Source: an uncultured delta proteobacterium
GTDB taxonomy: Bacteria > Desulfobacterota > Syntrophia > Syntrophales > UBA2185
Length of the DNA: 64,000 nt
Reading direction: 5' to 3'
Assembly: GCA_963695875.1 (NCBI GenBank)
Contig: CAVOID010000012.1
Span: 64,815 to 128,814, forward strand
The translations under genes were made by a program, and so were the position numbers. This document shows, one piece after another, positions 29,806 through 39,577 of this stretch; the first letter of the stretch is position 1, and each line of letters starts with the position of its first letter. Below the pieces are notes generated by a model. The model saw only the letters and a list, made by a program, of their open reading frames with translations, was not told the DNA's origin and ran no database searches.

Positions 29806-31175
29806 ATGATGAAGAAGTTCAAGAGACATGATCGTAATTCTACTTCTCAGAAGGGAATCGATAATATACTTGACAGGAAGTTAGATCGTGAAAAAAAGAA
29901 ACTCCGTGTTCCCATAAGCCCCGTGATCAATTCTGCATTACGGGCTATTTATGCCGGTGGACCAAAGAATCGTTGGTTATCAGACACGTACGGTCGTCCG
30001 TTCTACCCGTACGAAACTAAGGCAGGGAGTATCAGGTTCTCGTTTGCTCCTCCACCCGATTTCGGAAATCGTTTTCATCCTACCATCGCAATGCACTATA
30101 CACCCCGCCTCAGTTTCATCTATTCCGGAAGCCTGAGAAATGTTGTAAAGGGTTTGTCCGTTGAGACGGCTGATGTGTTCCTGATTTTAATGTCCCGTAT
30201 AGCGGAATTGCAGGATCCCATGAGGGGAATTGCCAGGATCAGTCTGGAAGAGATTGCTCAAATGCGCGGTGTGCGTCTGCGGCATGGCAGCGCACAGAAT
30301 CTCTATGAAGATTTTAAGCAAGAGGTATTGCGGCTTGCTGATCTGCGTTTGAACATGTCCTGGAGGGACTATAAAACCGGTGGGGAAGTTACCTTCGGCA
30401 AGGAGCGGCCGGACAGGCTCCTGGACATATTAGACATTGAGTACAAGCATGGAGGAGATACGTGGACATCTTTTCGCTTCCGCTGCGGCCAGGCCCTTTC
30501 ACATTTCCTCGACCCCGAGGGACTGTTCTGGATTGGCTACTATAGCAAATCTTTGCTGCACCTGAGTCCATACCATGATGCCCTGACGAAGAAGCTGGGA
30601 ACATACTGGATCATTGTTGGTACTATTGCAGAAAAAAAAGGAGCACTGCCCCGTGCCACACCGAAGACTATTTTAGATTTTTGCGGTGAAGAGATCAACT
30701 GGAGGCACCCCGGGCAGACGGTGGATGCGTTTATCGAAGCCCATCAGCGACTCGAAGACTTAGGTGTGATAGAAAGTATTCCGGTCTTAGAACCTATGGC
30801 GCGCAGCAGGGGGTACTTTAAAGAGTGGCTTAATACAGCACTGACCGTGAAATTATCGGAAAATCTCTGGCAGATAGCCGATGCGGGAAAGAGGGCTAAA
30901 TTACCAGCTTCGGGCATAAACGGCCGGTTCAAGGAAAAAATACATGCAAAAGGATACCGGCCTTGCATATTCCGAAGACAGCCAAAGATCTGATGGCTAA
31001 TCAAACGATTATCAGGCAATTCAGGGCTGATTACTACTTGCGTCAGGCCGAGCTGGCAAAGGCACTAGGTGTGACAAGGCAGACCCTCTCCAACTATGAG
31101 CGGGGATTGCATCCCCTGCCAGAAGATAAAGCCATCAGGATTCTTCAAATCTGGCATCGCAAGGCGCAGCACTAA
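29806..31175 (+). CDS. Replication-initiator-like protein with C-terminal XRE HTH (ORFs 29806..30993 + 30963..31175, probably one frameshifted gene)
   Basis: LRQAELAKALGVTRQTLSNYERG is a clear HTH_3. The N-terminal part shows only a weak Rep-like winged-helix pattern. Confidence 0.55.
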
Positions 31176-31451
31176 CCCGGCATAAATTCTAACTTTATAA
31201 ACAACTCTCTATTCACATATCGTTAAAGACACCTAATCCGTGCAGTAAATCAAAACCTATGCCGGAAGTTTGTTAACGTTCAAATATAGTCAAACCCAGG
31301 AGGGAATGGACGTTCCCGAATGGTTAACATTTCTAATAATATTATATCATCCAGGTTAACGCATCGGATTATTTGTTAGAATCCAGAAGAAAATGTACCG
31401 TTGCATAAAGATGGAAAAGCTCTGCATCTTATCGAAAAGGAGGCATTGTTT

Positions 31452-32631
31452 ATGAGCGGGGAAGACCGTATTAAAATTCTGCAGGACAAAATGGGAGAAC
31501 ATGGGTTGAGTGGTGCCTTGCTCATCTATTCCCGGGATATATTGTATTACACAGGTACGGCGCAGCCATCATACCTTATTATCCTGCCTGATGATTATTT
31601 CTTATTTGTCAGAAGTGGAATTGATTTCGCTGTTAACGATGTCTTTGTCAACAAAGAGAAAGTCAGAGAGGAACGTCGTCTGGGGAATATATACAAAGAA
31701 ATTTTCTCCGGTCCGGCAGTGCGGAGTCAAAGGATCGGTACTGAGCTGGATATTTTGACAGCAGAACAATTTCAGGAGATAAAGAAGACCTTTGCCGGTT
31801 ATGATTTCGTGAACATCTCGTCCCTCGTCCTGGAACAGAGAAAGAGGAAAGACACCTCTGAGATAGGAAAAATCAGGAAAGCCTGTGATGCAATTCATCA
31901 GGGACATGAAGCAGTTTTATCCACTCTGAAGGAGGGGGTTACTGAACTCGAACTCGCCGCTGCTGTTGAAAATGCCCATCGCCTCGCAGGGCATGAAGGA
32001 ATTTTCTTCATCCGGCAACCTGATTTCTTCATGAGCCGGGGCCCGATCTCGTCGGGACCTAACCTCTTCAAGACCAGCGGTGTTGTATATACCATTACCG
32101 GTGTAGGATTGAGCTCATCCGTACCTGCCGGCCCCTCACTTCGGAGGATATCGCGAGGGGAGCCTGTCATTGTCGATATACCCACTCTGGTTGAGGGTTA
32201 TCATGCGGATCAGACGAGAACGTATTGTATCGGCAAGGCCTCTGAGGAGGTCAAATCCATGTATAGCGATCTGAGAACCATAGCTGACCACCTTATCAGT
32301 CATATCAAGCCGGGTATGAAGTGCAGTGAAATCTATAGCGCTGCCGTTAAGAAAGCGAATGAACTCGGGAGAGCGGATCAGTTCCAAAATTTCGGCAAGG
32401 GGAAAAAGTCCCGGATCATAGGTCACGGGATAGGTTTGGAGCTAAACGAGCCTCCAATTCCTTCGGAGTATGACCATGCCGAAGTTGGTGAGCATTATGT
32501 TATCGCCCTGGATATGCACATGATGGACACGGCTGCAGGAGTTGTCAAGCTGGAAGATATGATTCTCATTAAGGAGCGAGGGGAATGAAATCATGACAAG
32601 GAGTCCCCGACAGCTCTTCGAGATAACGTAA
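31452..32631 (+). CDS. Xaa-Pro peptidase, M24 family; apparent frameshift at ~32578
   Basis: Creatinase-like N domain; VIVDI, YHADQTRT, GHGIGLELNEPP, KLED. The alternative frame gives the typical end GNEIMTRSPRQLFEIT*. Confidence 0.88.
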
Positions 32632-32690
32632 ACACAGTATTTTGTTATGACAATGAACAAGTAAAAGGATATAGGAAGGATGGTGAAATT

Positions 32691-33443
32691 ATGCAGTATC
32701 TACAGAGCATCAATGATCAGGGAATCGTTACAGTCACACTAAGCAGGGGGAAAGTGAATGCCCTTAATGAAGCAGTGATCGATGAAATGACCGGTTGTTT
32801 TAAGGAACTTGCCGCCGATGCCGGAGTAAAGGCTGTTATCCTCACAGGGACAGGAAAATTTTTTACATTTGGTTTTGATATTCCGGAGTTTCTGAGCTAC
32901 CCAAAAGAATCATTTATCCGTTATCTCACCAAGTTCACAGATTTCTGTACCTACCTGTTCTTGTATCCAAAACCGGTTATTGCCGCGCTCAACGGTCACA
33001 CAGTTGCCGGAGGCTGTATGATCGCCATTGCCTGTGATTACAGGATCATGGTTTCCGGGAAGGCAAAGATCGCTCTCAATGAAATCAATTTTGGCTCATC
33101 CCTGTTTGCAGGGAGTGTTGAAATGATGAAACTTTTGCTGGGACAGAGGATGGCGGAAAGGTTAGTATATACCGGCGCCATGTATTCAGCGGAGGAAGCA
33201 TATCAAATTGGATTGATTGATCAAATCTCATCAGAAGTTGATCTGGCGGGTGAAGCGAGAAAAATCGCGATGCAATATGCAGAAAAAGATGGGGTTGCGT
33301 ACAAAAGCATCAAGAAACTTCTCAGAGGCCCCATTGCTGAAGATATAATGAAAAGAGAGAAAGACTCCATTCTCGAATTCGTCGATATTTGGTACTCGGA
33401 GACCACCTGGAGAAATCTGCAGGAGAAAAAGATACATTCTTAG
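32691..33443 (+). CDS. Enoyl-CoA hydratase/isomerase family protein
   Basis: KVNAL, FTFGFDI, PKPVIAALNGHTVAGG, ALNE. Confidence 0.92.
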   Translation: MQYLQSINDQGIVTVTLSRGKVNALNEAVIDEMTGCFKELAADAGVKAVILTGTGKFFTFGFDIPEFLSYPKESFIRYLTKFTDFCTYLFLYPKPVIAALNGHTVAGGCMIAIACDYRIMVSGKAKIALNEINFGSSLFAGSVEMMKLLLGQRMAERLVYTGAMYSAEEAYQIGLIDQISSEVDLAGEARKIAMQYAEKDGVAYKSIKKLLRGPIAEDIMKREKDSILEFVDIWYSETTWRNLQEKKIHS

Positions 33444-33564
33444 GTAAGGTGTGAGTTTCTCAAAGGTCTCATTTTATGTTATAATATTTCAGTATTATTT
33501 ATGAAATATTAATCCTTGCATTTTCCCCCATCGTTTAATAATTGATATAAGTACGGGTAACACA

Positions 33565-33873
33565 GTGAAGAATATATTAGACAATGAGATACTGAAGCAC
33601 TGGAAAGATAAAGTATATCTTTTCCTTGCCTGCAGCGCTGCAATCGGTACTTCCATATGTCTGTATATCGCATATCTGGCAATTGAGATGGGGAACACAG
33701 GCATTGCTTTTCTCTTTACTGCTGCTGTACTGATTTTTATTTGGCCATTGCTGGTGATGTTCATAATAGAATATGCCCAAAGATATAAATCTCTAAAGTG
33801 GTTAATAGATCTGAATGCCACCGATAAATGTGAGACCATGGAGAATAAGCTTTATTCCTCTTTAGCTCATTAA
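33565..33873 (+). CDS. Small two-TM hypothetical membrane protein
   Basis: Two hydrophobic segments; weak start context. Confidence 0.4.
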   Translation: MKNILDNEILKHWKDKVYLFLACSAAIGTSICLYIAYLAIEMGNTGIAFLFTAAVLIFIWPLLVMFIIEYAQRYKSLKWLIDLNATDKCETMENKLYSSLAH

Positions 33874-34027
33874 TTTCTTCCTTAGCCACTCGGAAATAAT
33901 GTTCTTGCCAAGATTTTCAAGTTTGATGGATACCTTGCGCACGGCGAGCCTGAATTGACGGAAATGGACTTGATCAAATACTATCTTTATTAAATTGTAC
34001 ACCTTATATTTGTGTTGAGGTAGCAAA

Positions 34028-34750
34028 ATGAAATTACGTATAGCTTTAGCAGTTGTATGCATCATGTTTATCCCTTCTCAAGTCGTCATGGCCGGTCTAA
34101 TTGACGATTTACTGGAGAAGGTTCAGACACCTTCGACGAGTTCCATAGATGAAGCAACGGCGGTTTCCGGACTTAAGGAAGCTCTATCCGTGGGAACAGC
34201 CTCTGCTGTCAAATTGGTCTCAAGGGAAAATGGCTATTTCGAAAATGAAGCTATCAAGATCCTATTGCCCGAAAAGGTTCAGATAATCGGTGAAGTGCTA
34301 AGGAATGCCGGGTTTGGGAAAGAGGTAGATGCTTTTATTCTCGGCATGAACCGAGCGGCTGAAAAGGCAGCACCGAAGGCGAAGCCTGTCTTTGTCAACG
34401 CCATCAAGGATATGACCTTCCAGGATGCCGGCAAAATCCTCAACGGAGGGGACACGGCGGCAACGGATTATTTCAGGAGTAAAACCTCTTCCCGACTCTT
34501 TGATGCCTTCAAGCCCGAAATATCATCCAGCATGAAGGAAGTGGGTGTGGCACGGCAATACAAAGCTGTGACGGAACGATATCTTTCTTTGATACCTTTC
34601 GGGAGTGCGGACTCACTGGATCTGGACCAGTATGTGACCAATAAGGCCCTGGCGGGTCTGTTTGTCATGCTGGGTCAGGAGGAAAAGAAGATTAGGACGA
34701 ATCCGACGGCGCGGACGACGGAGATTCTCAAAAAAGTCTTCGGAAAATAA
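34028..34750 (+). CDS. DUF4197 family secreted protein
   Basis: Signal peptide; [38 protein letters not shown]...LKKVFG. Confidence 0.9.
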   Translation: MKLRIALAVVCIMFIPSQVVMAGLIDDLLEKVQTPSTSSIDEATAVSGLKEALSVGTASAVKLVSRENGYFENEAIKILLPEKVQIIGEVLRNAGFGKEVDAFILGMNRAAEKAAPKAKPVFVNAIKDMTFQDAGKILNGGDTAATDYFRSKTSSRLFDAFKPEISSSMKEVGVARQYKAVTERYLSLIPFGSADSLDLDQYVTNKALAGLFVMLGQEEKKIRTNPTARTTEILKKVFGK

Positions 34751-34810
34751 TTATTGAATAACGATTGGATTTTTTAGTAATACCCGGCTGCAGTTACTGC
34801 GAGAAAAACT

Positions 34811-35344
34811 ATGGAAACTCATCCCTCTAAATACCGTTACCATCTCTGGACAAGATCAGGGTCGCGTACTATTGAGCTTACCTTCTTCGGGAACAATACT
34901 GCGGAGATTGATGAGGTATTAGAGGGAAAGGGATCAGTCAGAGAGGAATACAAATTCTCATGCCTGCATCAACCGGTTTCTAAAAATCATGGCTTCCTGC
35001 GTGTAATAAAGATAGAAGACAGCCTGACAGGTGAGGAAATCTATTCTGAGCCACACACAGATTATGGTGACGACATATATGGTATGTATTTAACACTATC
35101 GGATCAAGATATGTCAGAGATGGAGATTGTCTTTGAGTATATCAAATTGCAACAACCGGAACTACACGTTTCGGGAGATCGTGTCCTGGACAATATGAGA
35201 TTCATAGGGTCCGCTGAATGGAGCGACACATTTAATCTATTTCTTTTCCTTCTGCCCTTGACAAATGTCCGGGAAGGCACAGCAGTCCATAAGATTATTT
35301 CAGGAATTGATAAGATGAAATTGGAAATTACCGATCAAGAGTGA
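34811..35344 (+). CDS. Hypothetical protein
   Basis: 177-aa ORF co-oriented with its neighbours; no motif recognised. Confidence 0.55.
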   Translation: METHPSKYRYHLWTRSGSRTIELTFFGNNTAEIDEVLEGKGSVREEYKFSCLHQPVSKNHGFLRVIKIEDSLTGEEIYSEPHTDYGDDIYGMYLTLSDQDMSEMEIVFEYIKLQQPELHVSGDRVLDNMRFIGSAEWSDTFNLFLFLLPLTNVREGTAVHKIISGIDKMKLEITDQE

Positions 35345-35387
35345 AGGAGAAGCGGGGCATACAACAAAAAAAGTATGGAGAAAATCT

Positions 35388-35621
35388 ATGGCAAAAAAAC
35401 CTGGAAAGATTGAAAAATACGAAAGACGTTTTGGGGTCATCGCCTTAGAAAAGGGTTTCATTACCGCCGCCGATCTCATCATGGCATTATCGATTCAAGC
35501 CGACGAAAATATCAAAAAAAAACGCCACAGATTGATAGGAGAGATATTACTGGGTATGGACCTCATGTCGGCCAAACAGATTGAAAAAGTCGTCTCTACC
35601 ATTATACGGGAGCGCTCATGA
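35388..35621 (+). CDS. Stand-alone MshEN-like small protein
   Basis: RRFGVIALEKGFIT..DL..AL..Q ... RLIGEILL..DLMS..QI; RBS GGAG. Confidence 0.75.
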   Translation: MAKKPGKIEKYERRFGVIALEKGFITAADLIMALSIQADENIKKKRHRLIGEILLGMDLMSAKQIEKVVSTIIRERS

Positions 35622-35790
35622 CAAACAGTGTCATGTGGTACATAAGTCTGTCCTGCCATACGTAACAATACTTGCACCGTTGTGAAGTTAGTAAATTGCT
35701 TTTAATCTGAATCAATAACGCTTTTGGTTTTATCTTACCCCAAAAGAGCATGAAAGAACCCCATAGAATCCCTACCCAGCCCTCGACCAT

Positions 35791-36962
35791 TTAGATCTGC
35801 TTCGGGATGAGACTATCCGTGCTGGTACCATCTCCAAGCTGGCCGTGGGCGTTATCTCCCCATGTCCAAAGTGTATCGTCTGTCTTCAAAGCGGCAGATG
35901 GTCACCACCCGCGGATACCGCGGCCCAATTCGTGTCTATACCGATCTGTTCCGGGGTATTTCTGCTGTTGTTGGTTGCGTCTCCGAGCTGGCCGCTCGCA
36001 TTATTTCCGCATGTCCAGAGTGTTCCGTTGGTCTTCAAGGCGGCAGTATGATTAGCACCCGCGGATACTGTAGCCCAATTTACGTCTACACCGATCTGTA
36101 CCGGTGCATTTTTACTGTTATTGGTTCCATCTCCGAGCTGGCCGACTCACATTATTTCCCCATGCCCAGAGTGTGTGGTCTGATTTCAAAGCGATGGTGT
36201 GATTACCACCAGCGGATACCGCGGCCCAATTCGTGTCTATACCGATCTGTACCGGTGCATTTTTACTGTTATTGGTTCCATCTCCGAGCTGGCCGCTCAC
36301 ATTATTTCCCCATGCCCAGAGTGTGTGGTCGGATTTCAAAGCGATGGTGTGATTACCGCCCGCGGATACCGCGGCCCAATTCGTTTCTATACCGATCTGT
36401 TTCGGTGCATTTTCTACTCGTTATTGGTTCGTCTCCGAGCTGGCCGATCGCATTATTTCCCCATGCCCAGAGTGTGCCGTCGGATTTCAAAGCGATGGTG
36501 TGATCTCCGCCCGCAGATACCGCGGCCCAATTCGTTTCTACACCGATCTGTACAGGGGTACTTCTGCTGTTATTGGTTCCGTCTCCGAGCTGGCCGCTCG
36601 CATTATTTCCCCATGCCCAGAGTGTTCCGTTGGTCTTCAAAGCGACAGAATGATCTACCGCCTGCGGATACCGCGGCCCAATCCGTGTCTGTGCCGATCT
36701 GTCCTGGGGTATTTCGACTGTTATTGGTTCCGTCTCCGAGCTGGCCGCTTGCATTATTTCCCCATGTCCAGAGTGTGTGGTCGGGTTTCAAAGCGACGGT
36801 ATGATCTCCGCCTGCGGATACTGCAGAGAATTTTGCCGGTGTTACGGTTGTTCCACCGCTGGTGTTCGTGGCAGTTACAGTTACACCCCCACCACTTCCA
36901 CCTCCGCACCCCGATAACACCAATAGCAGGAAAGAAAACAGGTTCGCTACTATTCTGATCAT
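35791..36962 (-). CDS. RCC1-repeat (beta-propeller) lipoprotein; several apparent frameshifts
   Basis: Signal peptide LSGC plus Gly/Thr linker; seven [27 protein letters not shown] units spread over several frames. Confidence 0.85.
35810..36830. repeat. Seven ~150-bp intragenic tandem repeats
   Basis: The core agctggccg recurs at ~35835, 35985, 36135, 36285, 36435, 36585 and 36735. Confidence 0.9.
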
Positions 36963-37425
36963 AACACTATCTCTCCTGACTCACATATTCTTAGGACAAA
37001 TCAACCTGCATGGAAATAAGTATTAGAGAACCGAGGCGTCCGACTTGAATTCACAAAGGCAATCACATTTTGAAAATCAAGAACACGCTATCACAGCATG
37101 AATCAAATAAAAAGGTTAATTTTATGTGATGTAGTGATTATCCCTTCCATAAAACGCGTTTTGTATAACATAATTTTATAATTGTTTTGATTGTTGATCA
37201 ATCATTAAATGGATGATTTATATGTTAGGGAATACCTTACCTTCTGATCAGGAAAAGGATGATGGCGTATAGATCAGGATATCTCTCATGTCCTCGGCGA
37301 GGTAAGCATGAGATGAAAGTACAGTAACTAAGAGAATGTAGCATCGAAAATCAGGTATATGCTTATTTACAAGACAGGTTTTATGGTGACAGAATTAGTA
37401 AAATTCAAATATGGAGGTAATAACC

Positions 37426-37590
37426 ATGGCAGAGCAGATGAAAAAGATAGAGTGTCCCGCACCATGCAACTTCTCCGTGAAGAGCCATGATGAAAAAGAG
37501 CTTGTTGCGATAGCCATCCAACATGCGAAGAAAAGCCACAACATGGCCATCACCGAGCAGGAAGTAAAAAAGATGATCAAGCCGGCCTGA
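37426..37590 (+). CDS. DUF1059-family small metal-binding protein (54 aa; not in ORF track)
   Basis: RBS GGAGG; MAEQMKKIECPAPCNFSVKSHDEKELVAIAIQHAKKSHNM with the C..C...H...H pattern. Confidence 0.8.
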   Translation: MAEQMKKIECPAPCNFSVKSHDEKELVAIAIQHAKKSHNMAITEQEVKKMIKPA

Positions 37591-37709
37591 AAACACTGCA
37601 CCACGCAATTCTCCACGGCAGAAAGAGTGGGATCAGGTCTATTATTCTGCCGATATTGGAATTACGACTTGTACGTAAAGTGTGCGGGGTTTATTAAGAA
37701 TTGGATATA

Positions 37710-39569
37710 TCAAACTGCCGGCTGGTCCCATAGAGCATCTCTCAGCCCCGATGAACGCCGGATTCTGCGTTGGATTGCCGTTAGGAAAATATCTTCTTTC
37801 CCCCAGATTTGGATTTCCTCTTTCGCCCTGGTAATGGCTGTGTAAATCAGTTCCCTGGTCAGCACCCGTGCGTCTCTGTCGGGCAACACCAGGAGGACTT
37901 CGTCAAATTCCGAGCCCTGGCTCTTGTGCACGGTCATGGCATACACTGTTTCATGGTCCGGCAGACGGAGCGGCGGGAAGCTTCTTATCGATCCATCCGG
38001 CCCCATGAAAAAGACCCTCGGTTCACCGCCTTTCTCGTGATCAGTCATGGTGATCCCGATGTCACCGTTGAACAACCGGAGGTTATAGTCGTTTTTGGTG
38101 ATCATGATGGGGCGGCCTGAGTACCATCTTCCGTTCCGGACGATAAGTCCATTTTTCTGCAGAATGTGCTCAATTGAAATGTTCAGGTTGTAAATGCCAT
38201 ACGGCCCCTCGCGGAGGGCGCAGATAATCCGGGAGCGATTGAACAGGTCAAATGCCTCCAGGGGATCAGACGCCTCCAGGTATGCGGTGTATCTTTCCGT
38301 GATCCAGTCTCTGAGATGCCGCGGCAGTTCGTCCGGCCGGGGAAGACTCTTCCAGTGTATGTCACCGATATTTTTGTTCCGGGTGAGGTCCATCGCCTGC
38401 GAGCCGTTGCCCGCATTGACGGCCTGGCTTAGTGCAAGGATGCCGCTTGTCCTGCTGAAGCGGTAGTTTTTGCTCAGTTGAACGATGCAATCGTTCATGC
38501 CCGCTGCTGCTCCGGGATCGCTTTCGTAAATCTCTTCAACTGTTGCCCGGCGACAGTTCTCGATGAAGGAAGGCGAAAAGCGATGGATATTGCCCGTATC
38601 ACAGATATCGCCGAGAACCGATCCTGCCTCGACGGATGCCAGTTGATCTTTGTCTCCAAGAAGGATAAGACGGGATTGAGGCCTGATGGCCTGAGCCAGC
38701 CTGGAAAAGAGGGCGAGGTCCACCATGGAAGCCTCATCGACTATGACGATATCTTGGGGCAGGGGGTTATCCCTATTGAAGCGGAAGGAGGGTGAATTAG
38801 GGATGCTGCCAAGAAGCCTGTGGATGGTTGAGGCCTCTTCAGGAATGGATGCTTTTACGGATTCATCGCAGTTTAATCCCGCCTTTGCTTTTTTTATGGC
38901 TTCCTGGAGTCTGGTTGCGGCCTTTCCCGTGGGCGTTGTCAGGGCGATATTCAATTGTCCGTGACGGTTTTGTTCGATGAGGAGGGCGAGTATCCGGGCT
39001 ACAGCGAAGGTTTTTCCGGTTCCCGGTCCTCCGGAAATGACGCATAACCCGCTCCGGAAAGAGGCAAAGGCGGCAACTTTCCGCCAGTCCACATCCGTTT
39101 CCCCGTCATTGTCACCGTGTGGGAAAATCCGCTCGAAGCTGTCCTTCAGGTGCAATTCGTCAAATACCTCGAATGTATTGCCTGCAAGGTTTTTCAATGC
39201 GTCAGCGAGTTTTGTTTCATAGTCCCAGTACCCGTAAAGATAAAGGCGGGTGCCGTTCAGGATAAGGGGTCGGTAATCACCGGGTCCTCCTACAACGGGG
39301 CTTACAGCAAGGGCATTCAGCCATGTTTCGAGGGGAGGACATATCAACGGTTCCGATCCTTGAGGCTCAATGACGGTTCCCGCAAACTCCACGAGATCGA
39401 TGCAGATATGACCCTCGCCTCGATACCGGCTGACCAGGGCTGAGGCCAAGAGGAGATTTACATCAAATGTTCCGTCAAGCCTGCCGAGGAAACGGGCGAA
39501 CCGGTAATCCAGTTCCGAAAGGAACTGATGTTCGTACAGGTTGTCGATAGTTGCCACTTGTAATGACAT
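37710..39569 (-). CDS. recD: Exodeoxyribonuclease V alpha subunit
   Basis: SGGPGTGKT, PTGKAA.RL, TIHRLLG, VDEASM, LFNGDIG, TVHKSQGSEF, YTAITRA. Confidence 0.95.
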   Translation of the reverse strand: MSLQVATIDNLYEHQFLSELDYRFARFLGRLDGTFDVNLLLASALVSRYRGEGHICIDLVEFAGTVIEPQGSEPLICPPLETWLNALAVSPVVGGPGDYRPLILNGTRLYLYGYWDYETKLADALKNLAGNTFEVFDELHLKDSFERIFPHGDNDGETDVDWRKVAAFASFRSGLCVISGGPGTGKTFAVARILALLIEQNRHGQLNIALTTPTGKAATRLQEAIKKAKAGLNCDESVKASIPEEASTIHRLLGSIPNSPSFRFNRDNPLPQDIVIVDEASMVDLALFSRLAQAIRPQSRLILLGDKDQLASVEAGSVLGDICDTGNIHRFSPSFIENCRRATVEEIYESDPGAAAGMNDCIVQLSKNYRFSRTSGILALSQAVNAGNGSQAMDLTRNKNIGDIHWKSLPRPDELPRHLRDWITERYTAYLEASDPLEAFDLFNRSRIICALREGPYGIYNLNISIEHILQKNGLIVRNGRWYSGRPIMITKNDYNLRLFNGDIGITMTDHEKGGEPRVFFMGPDGSIRSFPPLRLPDHETVYAMTVHKSQGSEFDEVLLVLPDRDARVLTRELIYTAITRAKEEIQIWGKEDIFLTAIQRRIRRSSGLRDALWDQPAV

Positions 39570-39577
39570 AGGGTCTC

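Noticed and set aside
35810..36830. 150-bp repeats as a CRISPR array or DGR template/variable repeats
   Set aside because: The repeats are contiguous coding RCC1 units without unique spacers; there is no cas or reverse transcriptase gene in the window.
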